A stretch of 63,418 bases of DNA, filler included, from Candidatus Desantisbacteria bacterium CG1_02_49_89 (GTDB taxonomy: Bacteria > Desantisbacteria > UBA1551), in the NCBI GenBank assembly GCA_001871075.1. It is 4 parts of 4 records of this genome, joined end to end, with 100 filler letters (N's around TTAATTAATTAA, not from the genome) between each part and the next. Parts side by side here need not be neighbours in the genome. Positions count along the whole stretch, not along the records: positions 1 to 22,170 come from MNUP01000110.1; 3 more parts are not named here. One strand, written 5' to 3'. The notes beneath the pieces are model-generated. The model had not been told where the DNA came from. It made no database searches and saw nothing but the letters and a program-made list of their open reading frames with translations. Made by a program: the position numbers and the translations under genes. Shown one piece after another: positions 8,437-18,465 of this stretch (within the stretch, counting starts at the first letter, position 1; the number at the start of each line of letters is the position of its first letter).

Positions 8437-10257
8437 ATGGTTCCTCGTCCGGAGTACCCGCGGCCGCAGTTCGTAAGAAAAGAATGGCTTAACCTGAACG
8501 GCGAGTGGGAGTTTGAATTTGACGACGCGCCCGCAAGGTTAGAGGGGAAATGGCAGGGAAAGAAGATCATCGTTCCCTTCCCCTTCCAGTCAAAGCTTTC
8601 CGGCGTCAGCGACGTTTCCTTTCACGACGTGGTCTGGTATGCCAGGAATTTCACCGTCCCGGAAAAATGGGAGGGAAAAGAGATCCTGCTCCATTTCGGC
8701 GCGGTTGATTACGAATGCTGGGTATGGATCAACGGCAGGGAGATAAGCACGCACAAAGGCGGGAACGTTCCTTTCTATCTGAATATAACCAAATACCTTA
8801 AGCCCGGTGAAAACAAGCTGATGGTTCGGGTTGAAGATAAACAGGACCCGTTCCAGCCCAGGGGCAAGCAGGTTGTGGCGCTCAAGCCCGAAGGATGCGA
8901 TTACGACCGAACGACCGGGATATGGCAGACAGTGTGGCTTGAGCCTGTCCCGCGGACAAGGATAGAATATTTTAAGATAAAAACAGAGATCGACTTCGGC
9001 AAAGATAGCTCAAAGCTCAAAGGTCAAGGGTCAAGGGTCAAAACGCAAAAACCAGATTGCAAATTGAAAATTGTAAATTGTAAATTGCAAATTGTGACTA
9101 CCGGATGGAGACCGGGGCAGGAGATTGAGGTGTGTGTATATTATAAAGGAAAAACGGTTGCAAAGAGATCAGTTGAACTTGAGAACGGGTGCGCTGCCCT
9201 GGATATTCCCGTCAGAAACCCAAAGCTGTGGTCGCCGGAGGCACCTAATATTTATGATTGCAAATTGTCCCTAAGGGATCCCGTGAGACAAATTGCAAAT
9301 TGCAAAGGTGAAATAATTGATGAAATAGAGACATATTTCGGGATAAGAACGGTTTCGGTGAAAGGAAACAGGGTCCTGCTCAACAACAAGCCGTATTACC
9401 TGAAGCTCGTGCTTGACCAGGGGTATTTCCCGGAAAGCCTGCTCGCCCTTCCCTCGGACGAAGCGGTTAAAAAAGACATAGAGTTTACAAAGGCGTTCGG
9501 GTTCAACGGGTGCCGCAAGCACCAGAAAGTGGACGACCCCAGGTTTTATTACTGGGCGGATAAACTGGGGCTTATCGTATGGGGAGAAATGGCGAACGCG
9601 AGGCCCTGGAGCAAAGCAGGAGAAGGAATATTCCTGCACGAATGGCCAAAGGCCGTAAAGCGGGATATAAACCATCCCTGCATAATCGCCTGGGTGCCGT
9701 TCAATGAGAGCTGGGGGGTGCCGGAGCTTGGCAAGGACACGCGCCAGCAGGAATTCGTGAAAAAGGTTGTGCGGCTTACAAGGGAAATGGACCCCACGCG
9801 GCTCGTGGTGGATAACGACGGTTGGGAACACGTGGACACAGACCTGGTCACGATACACGATTATTCTTTGCACGCATCCGATTACGAGAAGAATTACGCG
9901 CAGTTCAGGAAGGACAATAAAACACTCCCCGCGGTTCACAGGCCCGCGTACGCAGAAGGATACGAATATGACGGCAAGCCTATACTGATAACAGAATACG
10001 GCGGCATCGGGTATAAACTCCCCGGCAGGCAATACGCGGAAAAGGACTGGGGATATCATAATCCAGAGACAGAAGAAGCTAAGGTCATCGCGAGGTTCAA
10101 AGAAGTGACCGAAGCGATCTTCGACCTGGATTTCTGCTGCGGCTTCTGCTACACCCAGCTCACGGACATCCAGCAGGAGATAAACGGGGTGCTGACGTTT
10201 GACCGCGTCCCGAAAGTGGACCCGAAAAAAATAGCAAGAATACTGAATCAAAAGTAA
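8437..10257 (+). CDS. Glycoside hydrolase family 2 (beta-galactosidase/glucuronidase-like)
   Basis: PRPEYPRPQF, LNGEWEF, LHFGAVDY, LWSPEAP, LDQGYFP, WVPFNESWG (acid/base), ITEYGG (nucleophile); start ATG 8437 after GGAGG. Confidence 0.93.
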   Translation: MVPRPEYPRPQFVRKEWLNLNGEWEFEFDDAPARLEGKWQGKKIIVPFPFQSKLSGVSDVSFHDVVWYARNFTVPEKWEGKEILLHFGAVDYECWVWINGREISTHKGGNVPFYLNITKYLKPGENKLMVRVEDKQDPFQPRGKQVVALKPEGCDYDRTTGIWQTVWLEPVPRTRIEYFKIKTEIDFGKDSSKLKGQGSRVKTQKPDCKLKIVNCKLQIVTTGWRPGQEIEVCVYYKGKTVAKRSVELENGCAALDIPVRNPKLWSPEAPNIYDCKLSLRDPVRQIANCKGEIIDEIETYFGIRTVSVKGNRVLLNNKPYYLKLVLDQGYFPESLLALPSDEAVKKDIEFTKAFGFNGCRKHQKVDDPRFYYWADKLGLIVWGEMANARPWSKAGEGIFLHEWPKAVKRDINHPCIIAWVPFNESWGVPELGKDTRQQEFVKKVVRLTREMDPTRLVVDNDGWEHVDTDLVTIHDYSLHASDYEKNYAQFRKDNKTLPAVHRPAYAEGYEYDGKPILITEYGGIGYKLPGRQYAEKDWGYHNPETEEAKVIARFKEVTEAIFDLDFCCGFCYTQLTDIQQEINGVLTFDRVPKVDPKKIARILNQK

Positions 10258-10345
10258 CCACACGATTCCACAGATTTCCACGAGATTTCTTACAGGGAAC
10301 CCTCCACCAAGATTGGCGGGCAGGCTTACGAGAACTTAAACATAG

Positions 10346-10426
10346 GATTTCCACGAAAGCACTCCGCCCGTCTTTCAGCGGGCGAGACTTCGCCCACCTG
10401 AAAGGATGGGCGAGGAAAGCACGAAA
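10346..10426 (-). repeat. 81-bp double-hairpin repeat, copy 2 (inverted)
   Basis: Reverse complement of 6975-7055 with 2 mismatches. Confidence 0.9.
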
Positions 10427-10540
10427 ACACGAAAAAATAAATCAGGTTTCTTTCGTTAGAAAGTAGACTTTAATTTATCTACATACTGTTCTAAACGTTA
10501 CACGTTACACCTTACACGTTACACGTTTTAAGGAGGAGAC

Positions 10541-11317
10541 ATGCTTCCCACAGTGGACTTTTGCGGCCTTAAAGTAACGCGCCTGATCATCGGGGCAAAC
10601 CCGTTCGGGGGATTCAGCCACCAGAGCGACCAGCGCAGCCGGGAAATGGGCACCTATTATACTCCTGAGCGCATTAAGGAAACATGGCGCCGCGCCGAAG
10701 CCGCGGGCATCAATACGATGATAACCAACAATGAGTCAGCGCATGTTATCCAGGCAGTGCGCGAATACCTGGGCGAAGGCGGGAAGCTCCAGTGGATCGT
10801 GCAGGCCGCTAATTATAAAGCAGATATGTTCAAGGCTGTGGACGAAGCAGTAGAGATCGGGGCAAAAGCTATTTATTTCCACGGCGGGCAGGTGGATAAT
10901 CTATATGCAGGCAGGGATGAGAAAACCCTGCGCGCGTGGGTCAAGCACGCCCGCTCGCACAAGATCCCGGCCGGCATAGCAGGCCATTCACCGGACGTGC
11001 ACTTTTGGGTGGACAGCATGGATATAGTGGATTTCCACGCAGTGGCTTTCTTCAACTGCGGGAGCCTTCACAGCGGGAAAGGCCACAATTTCAAGCTGGC
11101 AGACGCGTTCCCCGCGGCGGAGTGCGCGCGCAGGATCAAAAAACCGTGCATCGCCTACAAGATAATGGCCGCCGGGCGCATTGACCCGGTAATGGCGTTT
11201 GAGTTCGCGTTTGAAAACATCAAGCCGGGCGACGCGGTGAACGTGGGCATGTACCGCGGTGACAAAGATAACATGGTTGAAGAGGACGCCGCCATCGTCC
11301 GCACTATACTGAGCTGA
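10541..11317 (+). CDS. Aldo/keto-reductase-like TIM-barrel protein of unknown function
   Basis: VTRLIIGANPFGGFSH start, KPCIAYKIMAAGR; strong AGGAG RBS. Confidence 0.65.
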   Translation: MLPTVDFCGLKVTRLIIGANPFGGFSHQSDQRSREMGTYYTPERIKETWRRAEAAGINTMITNNESAHVIQAVREYLGEGGKLQWIVQAANYKADMFKAVDEAVEIGAKAIYFHGGQVDNLYAGRDEKTLRAWVKHARSHKIPAGIAGHSPDVHFWVDSMDIVDFHAVAFFNCGSLHSGKGHNFKLADAFPAAECARRIKKPCIAYKIMAAGRIDPVMAFEFAFENIKPGDAVNVGMYRGDKDNMVEEDAAIVRTILS

Positions 11318-11532
11318 TTACAGTGATTTCAAAAATGATTACAGTGATTATTGAAATATAAGGAGAATAACAAATCTTGGTTTTAGTTTTTTTAAAATAA
11401 TCACCGTCCCTAAAGAACCCCTGCGTCTTGTCCCGATTCTTTTTATCGGGACTGCAGGAGTAATCAGCAGTTAGAAATCACCGTAATCATTTTCAGATAA
11501 TCACCGTAATCTGTGTTAAAATCACCGTAATC
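11316..11532. repeat. Empty GATTACAGTGATT / AATCACCGTAATC arm pair; one right arm is interrupted by a ~54-bp hairpin insert
   Basis: Left arms 11316-11328 and 11337-11349; right arms 11399 (split by the 11408-11461 insert), 11476, 11499 and 11520. Confidence 0.88.
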
Positions 11533-11553
11533 ATCGGTTAAAAAGGAGGAAGA

Positions 11554-12609
11554 GTGAAGAAGTGGAAGGTGGGTTTCGTGGGAGTGGGCGGGATAGCGAA
11601 GTACGCGCACATGCCGGGGTGGAAGAACCTGCAGGGCGCGGAGGTTGTAGCGGTTTCCGACGTCAGGGAGGATGTGGCAAAGGCGTTCGCGAAGGACTTC
11701 GGCATAAAGAACGTGTTCACTGATTACAACAAGATGCTGGAGATGGATGAGCTGGAGATAATTGACATCTGCGCGCCGAACATGATCCATTATCCCGCGG
11801 CAATGGCGGGGTTCAAGGCGGGAAAACACGTTTTATCCGAGAAGCCGCTTACCGTCACTCCGAAGCATGTCCAGGATATGATCGACGCTTCAAAGAAGGC
11901 AAAAAAGAAACTATGTTCAATACAGAACCACAGGTTCAGGGCTGAAGCGCAGGTATTGAAAAAGATGATAGATAAGGGCGAGTGCGGCGAAATATATTAC
12001 GCGAGGGCGCACGCGCTCAGGCGCAGGCTTCTTCCGGTTGCCCCGACATTCATAAAGAAAAGCCTTTCCGGAGGCGGGCCGTGCCTTGACATAGGGGTGC
12101 ACGCCCTTGACCTTACTTACTGGCTCATGGGCCACCCGAAGGTCAGATCGGTAAGCGGCGTCGCCCTTACAAAACTGGCGAAACGCGAAGACATCCACGG
12201 GGACTGGGGCGAGTGGGACAGGAAGGCGTATGACGTTGAGGACTTCGCCGCTGGATACGTGAAATTCGCCAACGGCGCCAGCCTTACCCTTGAATGCAGT
12301 TTCCTGCTGAACACAAAGGAGAATGAGGTATTTTCGGCGCAGGTATTCGGCACGGAAGCGGGCGCGTACCTGCCCTGGGGAAGCCCTCCTGAGATATACA
12401 CGGAAAAGAACCGCACTTTCATGGTGAAACAGCTGGTAGGCCTGCCGCAGGTTGCCACGCACAGCGAGGAGATCAGGCTTTTCCTTGAGGCGGTTGACAA
12501 GAACAAGGAAGTTCCCGTTCCGCCGGAACAGACGCTTGAAGTGATTAAAATACTTGACGGGGTTTACCGCTCAAGCAAGTCCGGCCGCGAGGTAAGATTC
12601 ACAAAATAA
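11554..12609 (+). CDS. Gfo/Idh/MocA family oxidoreductase
   Basis: VGFVGVGGIA, GKHVLSEKP, GGGPCLDIGVH, DVEDFAAG. Confidence 0.93.
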   Translation: MKKWKVGFVGVGGIAKYAHMPGWKNLQGAEVVAVSDVREDVAKAFAKDFGIKNVFTDYNKMLEMDELEIIDICAPNMIHYPAAMAGFKAGKHVLSEKPLTVTPKHVQDMIDASKKAKKKLCSIQNHRFRAEAQVLKKMIDKGECGEIYYARAHALRRRLLPVAPTFIKKSLSGGGPCLDIGVHALDLTYWLMGHPKVRSVSGVALTKLAKREDIHGDWGEWDRKAYDVEDFAAGYVKFANGASLTLECSFLLNTKENEVFSAQVFGTEAGAYLPWGSPPEIYTEKNRTFMVKQLVGLPQVATHSEEIRLFLEAVDKNKEVPVPPEQTLEVIKILDGVYRSSKSGREVRFTK

Positions 12610-12611
12610 CC

Positions 12612-12696
12612 AGTTTATAAAGTTTACAGAGTTTACAAAGTAAACGCCGTTTAAAAACCTCTGTAAACTGTATAAACTATGTAAACTTTGGAAACT
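12612..12696. repeat. 9-mer AGTTTAYAR tandem array with its inverted partner array
   Basis: agtttataa-agtttacag-agtttacaa ... ctgtaaact-gtataaact-atgtaaact-ttggaaact; single arms also at about 24984-25022 and 42015-42050. Confidence 0.85.
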
Positions 12697-12717
12697 ATTT
12701 TTGGCACGGAGGTGGGT

Positions 12718-13215
12718 GTGGCGGACGAATTTTCGTTTGACATTGTTTCGGTCCTGAACATGCAGGAAGTGGAGAACGCCGTAACCCAGGCGACCAAGGA
12801 GATCATACAGAGGTTTGACTTCAAGGGAAGCAAGTCCCGGATTGACCTGGACAGGGACAAGAAAACCATCACGCTTATCAGCGACGATGATTTCAAGCTG
12901 AAGAGCGTGGTGGACATCATGCAGGGCAAGCTGATAAAGCGGGGAGTTTCGCCGAAGGCGCTTGTTTACGGAAAGATCGAACCTGCCGCAAGCTCAACCG
13001 TCAGGCAGGTCGTGACCCTTCAGCAGGGAATAAACCAGGAAAAGGCGAAGGACATCGCGGGCCTGATACGCAGCAGCGGTTTGAAGGTAAAAACCCAGAT
13101 ACAGGGCGACCAGCTGCGGGTTTTCGGCAAAGTAAAAGACGACCTGCAGGCGGTTATGGCAATGCTGAAGGATAAAGACCTCGGCGTGCCGCTGCAGTTC
13201 ACAAACTACCGCTGA
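12718..13215 (+). CDS. yajQ: YajQ family nucleotide/c-di-GMP-binding protein
   Basis: [47 protein letters not shown] start after GGAGGT. Confidence 0.95.
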   Translation: MADEFSFDIVSVLNMQEVENAVTQATKEIIQRFDFKGSKSRIDLDRDKKTITLISDDDFKLKSVVDIMQGKLIKRGVSPKALVYGKIEPAASSTVRQVVTLQQGINQEKAKDIAGLIRSSGLKVKTQIQGDQLRVFGKVKDDLQAVMAMLKDKDLGVPLQFTNYR

Positions 13216-13473
13216 AGATAGTGTGTGGCGTATCGCGTATCGTTAAATACAGCTTATCCCAAAGGGATCCCCTTGGGACAGGCTTATAAGCTTACAAGTT
13301 TAAAAGTGAAAAGCCATAATCCGTGTAAATCCGTGGCTGATTTTGTGTTTTGTAGCAGTTTTATCCGTATGCATCCGATCTTTTAATCCGTTTGCATCTG
13401 CGAATATAATAAATATCAGCGTCAAGGGGAAACGGCGATTAAGACCAAACGGCTGGATATTAGTAAATTTGAT

Positions 13474-15993
13474 ATGCCGGAATTTACCAGGCCGGACTCT
13501 TTTTACTGGCCCGGGTACATATGGTTCTGGAACGATCGCCTGTCCGTAAGAGCCCTTTCTTCCCAGCTGCGGGATATGAACAGGCATAAGGCGAAAAGCG
13601 TCTGGCCCCTGCCGACGCCAAGGGATTTCAGGCCTGATTCTATGCCCACATCCCTTGACCCGGATTATCTTTCAAAAGAATACCTGAAAAGATATAAATA
13701 CGCGGTTAAAGAGGCCCATCGGCTTGGTATGAAAGTCTGGCTTTACGACGAAGGAGGCTGGCCTTCAGGATCGGCTTGCGGCAGGATCGTTAAGGAAAAT
13801 CCTGCTTTGGCCCAGCAATATCTTTGCCGCAGGGAGATCAAACCCAAACCCAAAGAATTAGTAAAGGTTCCCGGGAATTGCCTCTCCGCCTTTTTGTATC
13901 ACGGCCCAAGTTTTATCAGGCGGTTGATCCCCGGGCAGGAAATAAAGATCAGCCGGGCCGGTTTCAGGCTGGAGATCTTCAGTGCCGGGCGCGCGGACGC
14001 GACACGATACCCGGATTTACTGAACCCGGAGGCAACCAGGGAGTTTATCAGGCTGACACACGAGGCATACAAGAAAACCGCGGGCAATTACTTCGGCAAT
14101 ACTATCCCTTTGGTATTCACCGACGAACCAAAGGTTGCCAACCCGCCCTGGACCAACGGTCTGGATAGAGATTTCAGAAGAAAAAAGGGGTATGACATAA
14201 TAAAAAAACTTCCCGCGATCTTCGGCGCCGGCAACCGGGAAGGCATGCGGGCCAGGATCGATTTTTATGACTGGTGGTCCCGGCGTTTTGCAGGGGCATA
14301 TTTCGGTCAGATCCAAAGATGGTGCAGAAAGAACGATCTTCTGTCTGCCGGCCATCTGGGAGGCGAGGACGACACCCTTGGGTCCGGGATATACGGATAC
14401 GGCCATATCCTGCGCATCCTGAGAAAGTTTGATATACCGGGCGTGGATACCATCTGGAGACAGATATTTCCGGGAACAGAGAAAAGGTCCGGCAATGCCT
14501 GGGGCGCATTCGTTATCGCAAGAAACCACCATTTTCCCAAATATGCATCCACGGCAGCCCATCAGGAAGGAACGCCCTGGGCATTGACAGAGTCCTTTTG
14601 TGTTTACGGCAGCGGGTTGACCCCGGCGCATATGAAATGGATCACGGATTTCCAGTATGTAAGGGGAATAAATATAATGACGATAGGTTCATACCCCCTG
14701 TCCACAAAGGGATATTATATGGCCGGACAGCGGCCGATGTTTTGCCCGAGTAATCCCCTGTGGAAATATATGGAGGAATACCATACCTATACAGCGAGGC
14801 TAAGCTATCTCCTCAGCCTGGGCAGGCCGGTGATAGAAACAGCGGTTTATTATCCTGTAAGGGATATATGGGCGGGCGGACCTGATGCCGGGAAGATCGC
14901 GGGGTCCAACGATGCCCTGGCAAAGACACTGCTTGAAAACCAGCGCGATTTTGATTTCATAGACGACGATATCCTGGAAAGAAAATCAACAAGGGTGGTA
15001 AACGGCAGGCTGAAAGCAGGGCGCATGGAATACCGCGCCGTGTGCGTTTCAAGATCAGGGTGGATGAGTGAGAAATCAAAAGCAAAATTATCTGAATTTG
15101 CGTCCCGGGGCGGCAGGGTCCTGCGGATAGATAACAGGAAAAATTTTAAGCTGACAAAATATATTAATCCTTTAGTCTGCGTGGAACCAAGGAACAGCGC
15201 GGTCAGGGTATGCAAGCGAAAGCTTGAGAACGGCAGCCTGTATTTCCTCTCCAACGAAGGCACCGGAAAGGTGAAATGCACTATCAGGTTTGCTGAAGAT
15301 CTTCCAATGGTCAGGATCGACCCGGAAACAGGGAAATGCTGCAAGCCGTCCGGGGCGTTTTATTCAAAAGGAATGTGGGCATTGCCGCTCAGTCTTGAAT
15401 TCGCCGGTTCCTGCGTTATCTTCTTCACGCGAGAGGACCTGCACCTGGCGCCTGCGCCCTTAGAAGCCGGGCAGGAACTCCTCTCTATCAAAACAGGATG
15501 GTCGTTGCGCGGGATAAGATCCTACCGCATCGGAAAGCGTGATTTTGAGATAGATGAACTGGACAAGAAACCGGTTCCGGCAAGGCTCGGAGACTGGACA
15601 AGAAGCCTGGGAAAAGATTTCTCGGGAGACGCGGAATACAGCGCGGAGTTTGAATGCGGCGGGGTTGTGGCAGAATGTGCCGGGGTACTGGACCTGGGAG
15701 AAGTCAGATATGCCTGTCAGGTATCACTCAACGGAAAAGACCTCGGCAAAAGTGCCTGGCAGCCCTTCTCTTTTCCGGTGAAAGGCCTGGTTAAAAAAGG
15801 GAAAAACCGGCTCAAGATAATAGTGACCAATACACTGGCAAACCAGTTTGTTACAACCCGGGTATTTGACAGATACCGGGAAAATGTAATCGGCCCCTAT
15901 CACAAGATCGCGCTCAATTTCGAGCCGGATTCAATGCCAAGCGGGCTCTTCGGCCCGGTAAGGATTATGCGCTGCCCCGGGAGCGCTAAATGA
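13474..15993 (+). CDS. GH106-like (alpha-L-rhamnosidase-like) glycoside hydrolase
   Basis: WFWND, WLYDEGGWPSG, FTDEP, PGVD, ESFCVYG; C-terminal GH2-type jelly roll with VTNTLAN...PSGLFGPV. Confidence 0.8.
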   Translation: MPEFTRPDSFYWPGYIWFWNDRLSVRALSSQLRDMNRHKAKSVWPLPTPRDFRPDSMPTSLDPDYLSKEYLKRYKYAVKEAHRLGMKVWLYDEGGWPSGSACGRIVKENPALAQQYLCRREIKPKPKELVKVPGNCLSAFLYHGPSFIRRLIPGQEIKISRAGFRLEIFSAGRADATRYPDLLNPEATREFIRLTHEAYKKTAGNYFGNTIPLVFTDEPKVANPPWTNGLDRDFRRKKGYDIIKKLPAIFGAGNREGMRARIDFYDWWSRRFAGAYFGQIQRWCRKNDLLSAGHLGGEDDTLGSGIYGYGHILRILRKFDIPGVDTIWRQIFPGTEKRSGNAWGAFVIARNHHFPKYASTAAHQEGTPWALTESFCVYGSGLTPAHMKWITDFQYVRGINIMTIGSYPLSTKGYYMAGQRPMFCPSNPLWKYMEEYHTYTARLSYLLSLGRPVIETAVYYPVRDIWAGGPDAGKIAGSNDALAKTLLENQRDFDFIDDDILERKSTRVVNGRLKAGRMEYRAVCVSRSGWMSEKSKAKLSEFASRGGRVLRIDNRKNFKLTKYINPLVCVEPRNSAVRVCKRKLENGSLYFLSNEGTGKVKCTIRFAEDLPMVRIDPETGKCCKPSGAFYSKGMWALPLSLEFAGSCVIFFTREDLHLAPAPLEAGQELLSIKTGWSLRGIRSYRIGKRDFEIDELDKKPVPARLGDWTRSLGKDFSGDAEYSAEFECGGVVAECAGVLDLGEVRYACQVSLNGKDLGKSAWQPFSFPVKGLVKKGKNRLKIIVTNTLANQFVTTRVFDRYRENVIGPYHKIALNFEPDSMPSGLFGPVRIMRCPGSAK

Positions 15994-18257
15994 TCAAAAA
16001 AGTGTTCGTGGTCCATCACAGCCACACGGACATAGGTTATACCGATATCCAGGCGAAGATCTTCAGGGACCACGTGAAATTTCTGGACCAGGCGCTTGAA
16101 TACTGCAGGGAAACTGACGGCTATCCGCGGGATTCTCAGTTCAGGTGGACCTGCGAGACTTCGTGGATGGCAAAGAATTACCTGGAACACAGGCCGGGAA
16201 AGGTCCGGGAATTCATCAGAAGGGTTAAAGAAGGAAGGGTCGAGATCACCGCTCTTTACCTGAACGTGACAGAGCTGTACACCGCGGAAGAGCTTATCCG
16301 CTCCATATACTTTGCAAAGGGATTAGAAAAGAGATACGGGATCAAGATCGTCTCGGCGATGAACTCCGACGTTCCGGGTATGTCCTGGGTCCTGCCCCAG
16401 GTCCTGGCAAAAGCAGGCATAAAATATTTTTCAATGTCCACCAATCCCATCAGGTCTTTCAGGCCGGAGGTCCCCTATCCTTTCTACTGGGTATCTCCCG
16501 GGGGCGGAAAGGTCCTTGCCTGGAACACGGAATCAAAAGAGCCTGGCAGCTGGTACGGCAGAGGATATTCACTGGGCCTGGGGGAAAGCTATGAAAAAGT
16601 CTCAGGGCTCCTGCCGGGATATCTGCGGAAACTGGAAAAAGAAGGATGTCCGTATGACGCGGTTTGCATCAGGACCGCGATGGATAACGCGGGCCCGCAC
16701 ATTGAGCTGTCAAAGATCGCGCGGGAATGGAATGAAAAACACGGGTCGCCGAAAATAATAGTTGCCACGAACAGGGAGTACTTTGAATACATGGAGCGAA
16801 AGTACGGCCGCAGGCTCCCTTTTTACAAGCTTGCCTGGCCTGACTGGTGGGCGGACGGCAACGCTTCCGCGGCGCGCGAAACAGGCATTTCAAGGGATAC
16901 GCACAGAAAATTGATCGATATTGAGAAGGCAGCTTCCTTTCTTTCCCTGTTTGACGAAAAATACCCGAAAGAAAGAATAGACAGGATATGGGATAACCTG
17001 ATGTTCTTTGACGAGCACACCTGGGGCTCAAGGTACAGCATAAGCAAGCCGCGATGTTTCCAGTCAAGGTCCCAGTGGGCTGTAAAATCCTCGTTTATCC
17101 GTAAAGCGCGCGCGGAAAGCGTAAAACTGCTTGGCTCGCTTTCACAGAAACTTTCCAAAAAGATAAAGACCTCTCTTAAGAATAAACTTTATTTTGCCGG
17201 AAACAGCATGGAGGGCAAATTTTACAGGATCACCCTTGATCCTGTTACCGGCGGGATAAAAAGCCTGTTTGATAAGGAATTAAAAAGGGAACTCGTTGGC
17301 CAAAATTCCTCCTGCAGGTTTAACCAGTATATCTATGAGGAGATCGTTTCCAAAGAAGGAAGAAGGGCGATATATGACGATACGGCCGGCTGCCCGGGCC
17401 CTAAGAAGCGAGACGCGAAATTCAGAAGGACAAGCCCGGGATCCTGCAGGATAACAAAAGGCAGGAATGATACTCTTGCCTGCAGCCTGATCGCGGCAAT
17501 AAGGGCAAGGGGATGCCAGTCGGTCAGGCAGGAGATCATTCTTTACGGGAACGAGAAAAGAATAGACATCGTAGATACCCTTTCAAAAAAAGAAACGCTT
17601 ATGCCGGAATCGATCTATTACGCCTTTCCCTTTAATTTCAGGAACCCTGAGATAAAGTTCGAGATCGCCGGGGCAATAATGAGGCCTGAGAAAGACCAGC
17701 TGCCAGGCACAGCGAAAGATTATTATTCCATCCAGGACTGGGTCTCTGTTTCCGGAGGCGGCTGCTCAGCGGTCTGGGTCAGCAGGGACGCGCCCCTGGT
17801 CCAGTTCAACAGGATAAACACGGGAAAATGGATCACCGGCAGGCTGAAGATCAAGAACGGAAATATTTTCTCCTGGGTAATGAATAATTACTGGTACACT
17901 AACTTCAGGGCAAGCCAGGGCGGGAAAACGGTTTTCAGGTACAGTATTACGAGTTTTAAAGGGAACGCTGAAAATTCAGAAGCAGAGCGGTTCGCGCGAT
18001 CGTGCCTTAACCCGCGGGACCGGGAATTCTGCTCTGCGGACAAAAAGAATCTTACTTTCCTGGCATTCAAAAGAGCGGAAGACGAAAACGGGATTATCAT
18101 CAGGATGCGGGAAACCGAAGGCAGGGATACGGCTGTAAACATATCCTTTCCCTGTTTTGACGTTCAGAAGGCATGCCTGTGCTCCATTGATGAAAAAGAG
18201 ATCGAGTCCCTTCCGGTCCGGGAGAACAGTAATAAAGCTGCCTGTAAAGAAATTTGA
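15990..18257 (+). CDS. GH38-like alpha-mannosidase family hydrolase; C-terminus probably frameshifted (alternative end 18303)
   Basis: HHSHTDIGYT, DVPGMSW, PFYWVSP, FDEHTWG, MNNYWYTNF, KRAED, IRMRE; the expected ...FEIITLKI tail lies in the +1 frame from 18232. Confidence 0.82.
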   Translation: MIKKVFVVHHSHTDIGYTDIQAKIFRDHVKFLDQALEYCRETDGYPRDSQFRWTCETSWMAKNYLEHRPGKVREFIRRVKEGRVEITALYLNVTELYTAEELIRSIYFAKGLEKRYGIKIVSAMNSDVPGMSWVLPQVLAKAGIKYFSMSTNPIRSFRPEVPYPFYWVSPGGGKVLAWNTESKEPGSWYGRGYSLGLGESYEKVSGLLPGYLRKLEKEGCPYDAVCIRTAMDNAGPHIELSKIAREWNEKHGSPKIIVATNREYFEYMERKYGRRLPFYKLAWPDWWADGNASAARETGISRDTHRKLIDIEKAASFLSLFDEKYPKERIDRIWDNLMFFDEHTWGSRYSISKPRCFQSRSQWAVKSSFIRKARAESVKLLGSLSQKLSKKIKTSLKNKLYFAGNSMEGKFYRITLDPVTGGIKSLFDKELKRELVGQNSSCRFNQYIYEEIVSKEGRRAIYDDTAGCPGPKKRDAKFRRTSPGSCRITKGRNDTLACSLIAAIRARGCQSVRQEIILYGNEKRIDIVDTLSKKETLMPESIYYAFPFNFRNPEIKFEIAGAIMRPEKDQLPGTAKDYYSIQDWVSVSGGGCSAVWVSRDAPLVQFNRINTGKWITGRLKIKNGNIFSWVMNNYWYTNFRASQGGKTVFRYSITSFKGNAENSEAERFARSCLNPRDREFCSADKKNLTFLAFKRAEDENGIIIRMRETEGRDTAVNISFPCFDVQKACLCSIDEKEIESLPVRENSNKAACKEI

Positions 18258-18337
18258 AATAATCACGCTAAAGATAAAAGCAAAATCCGCGCGCCCGAGC
18301 TAAATACTAACGCTCTGTAACACTAATTCCGACAACC

Positions 18338-18387
18338 AAATCCCCCTCTTGCTCCCCCCTTTCTCAAAGGGGGGTGAGGGGGGATTT
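18338..18387. repeat. CCCCCT...AGGGGG double-palindrome repeat (relatives at 20050-20098 and 21006-21046)
   Basis: aaatccccctc...cccccttt-ctc-aaagggggg...gaggggggattt; three related copies each follow a stop codon. Confidence 0.7.
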
Positions 18388-18465
18388 ATTCGTCAAGCTT
18401 GAATGTCACAATGCACTAACGTAGGGGGAAATACGAGAAATTATTATAATGTTTGTTTCCGCAAT

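Noticed and set aside
9271-10281. Long antisense ORFs (for example 9271-10281, 34829-35575, 56426-57154, 25233-25964)
   Set aside because: Shadows of well-supported opposite-strand genes, with no motifs or RBS.
11316-11532. CRISPR or guide-RNA array interpretation of the spaced 13-nt repeats
   Set aside because: Repeats are too short, switch orientation midway, have about 10-nt spacers and few units; no cas genes are in the window.
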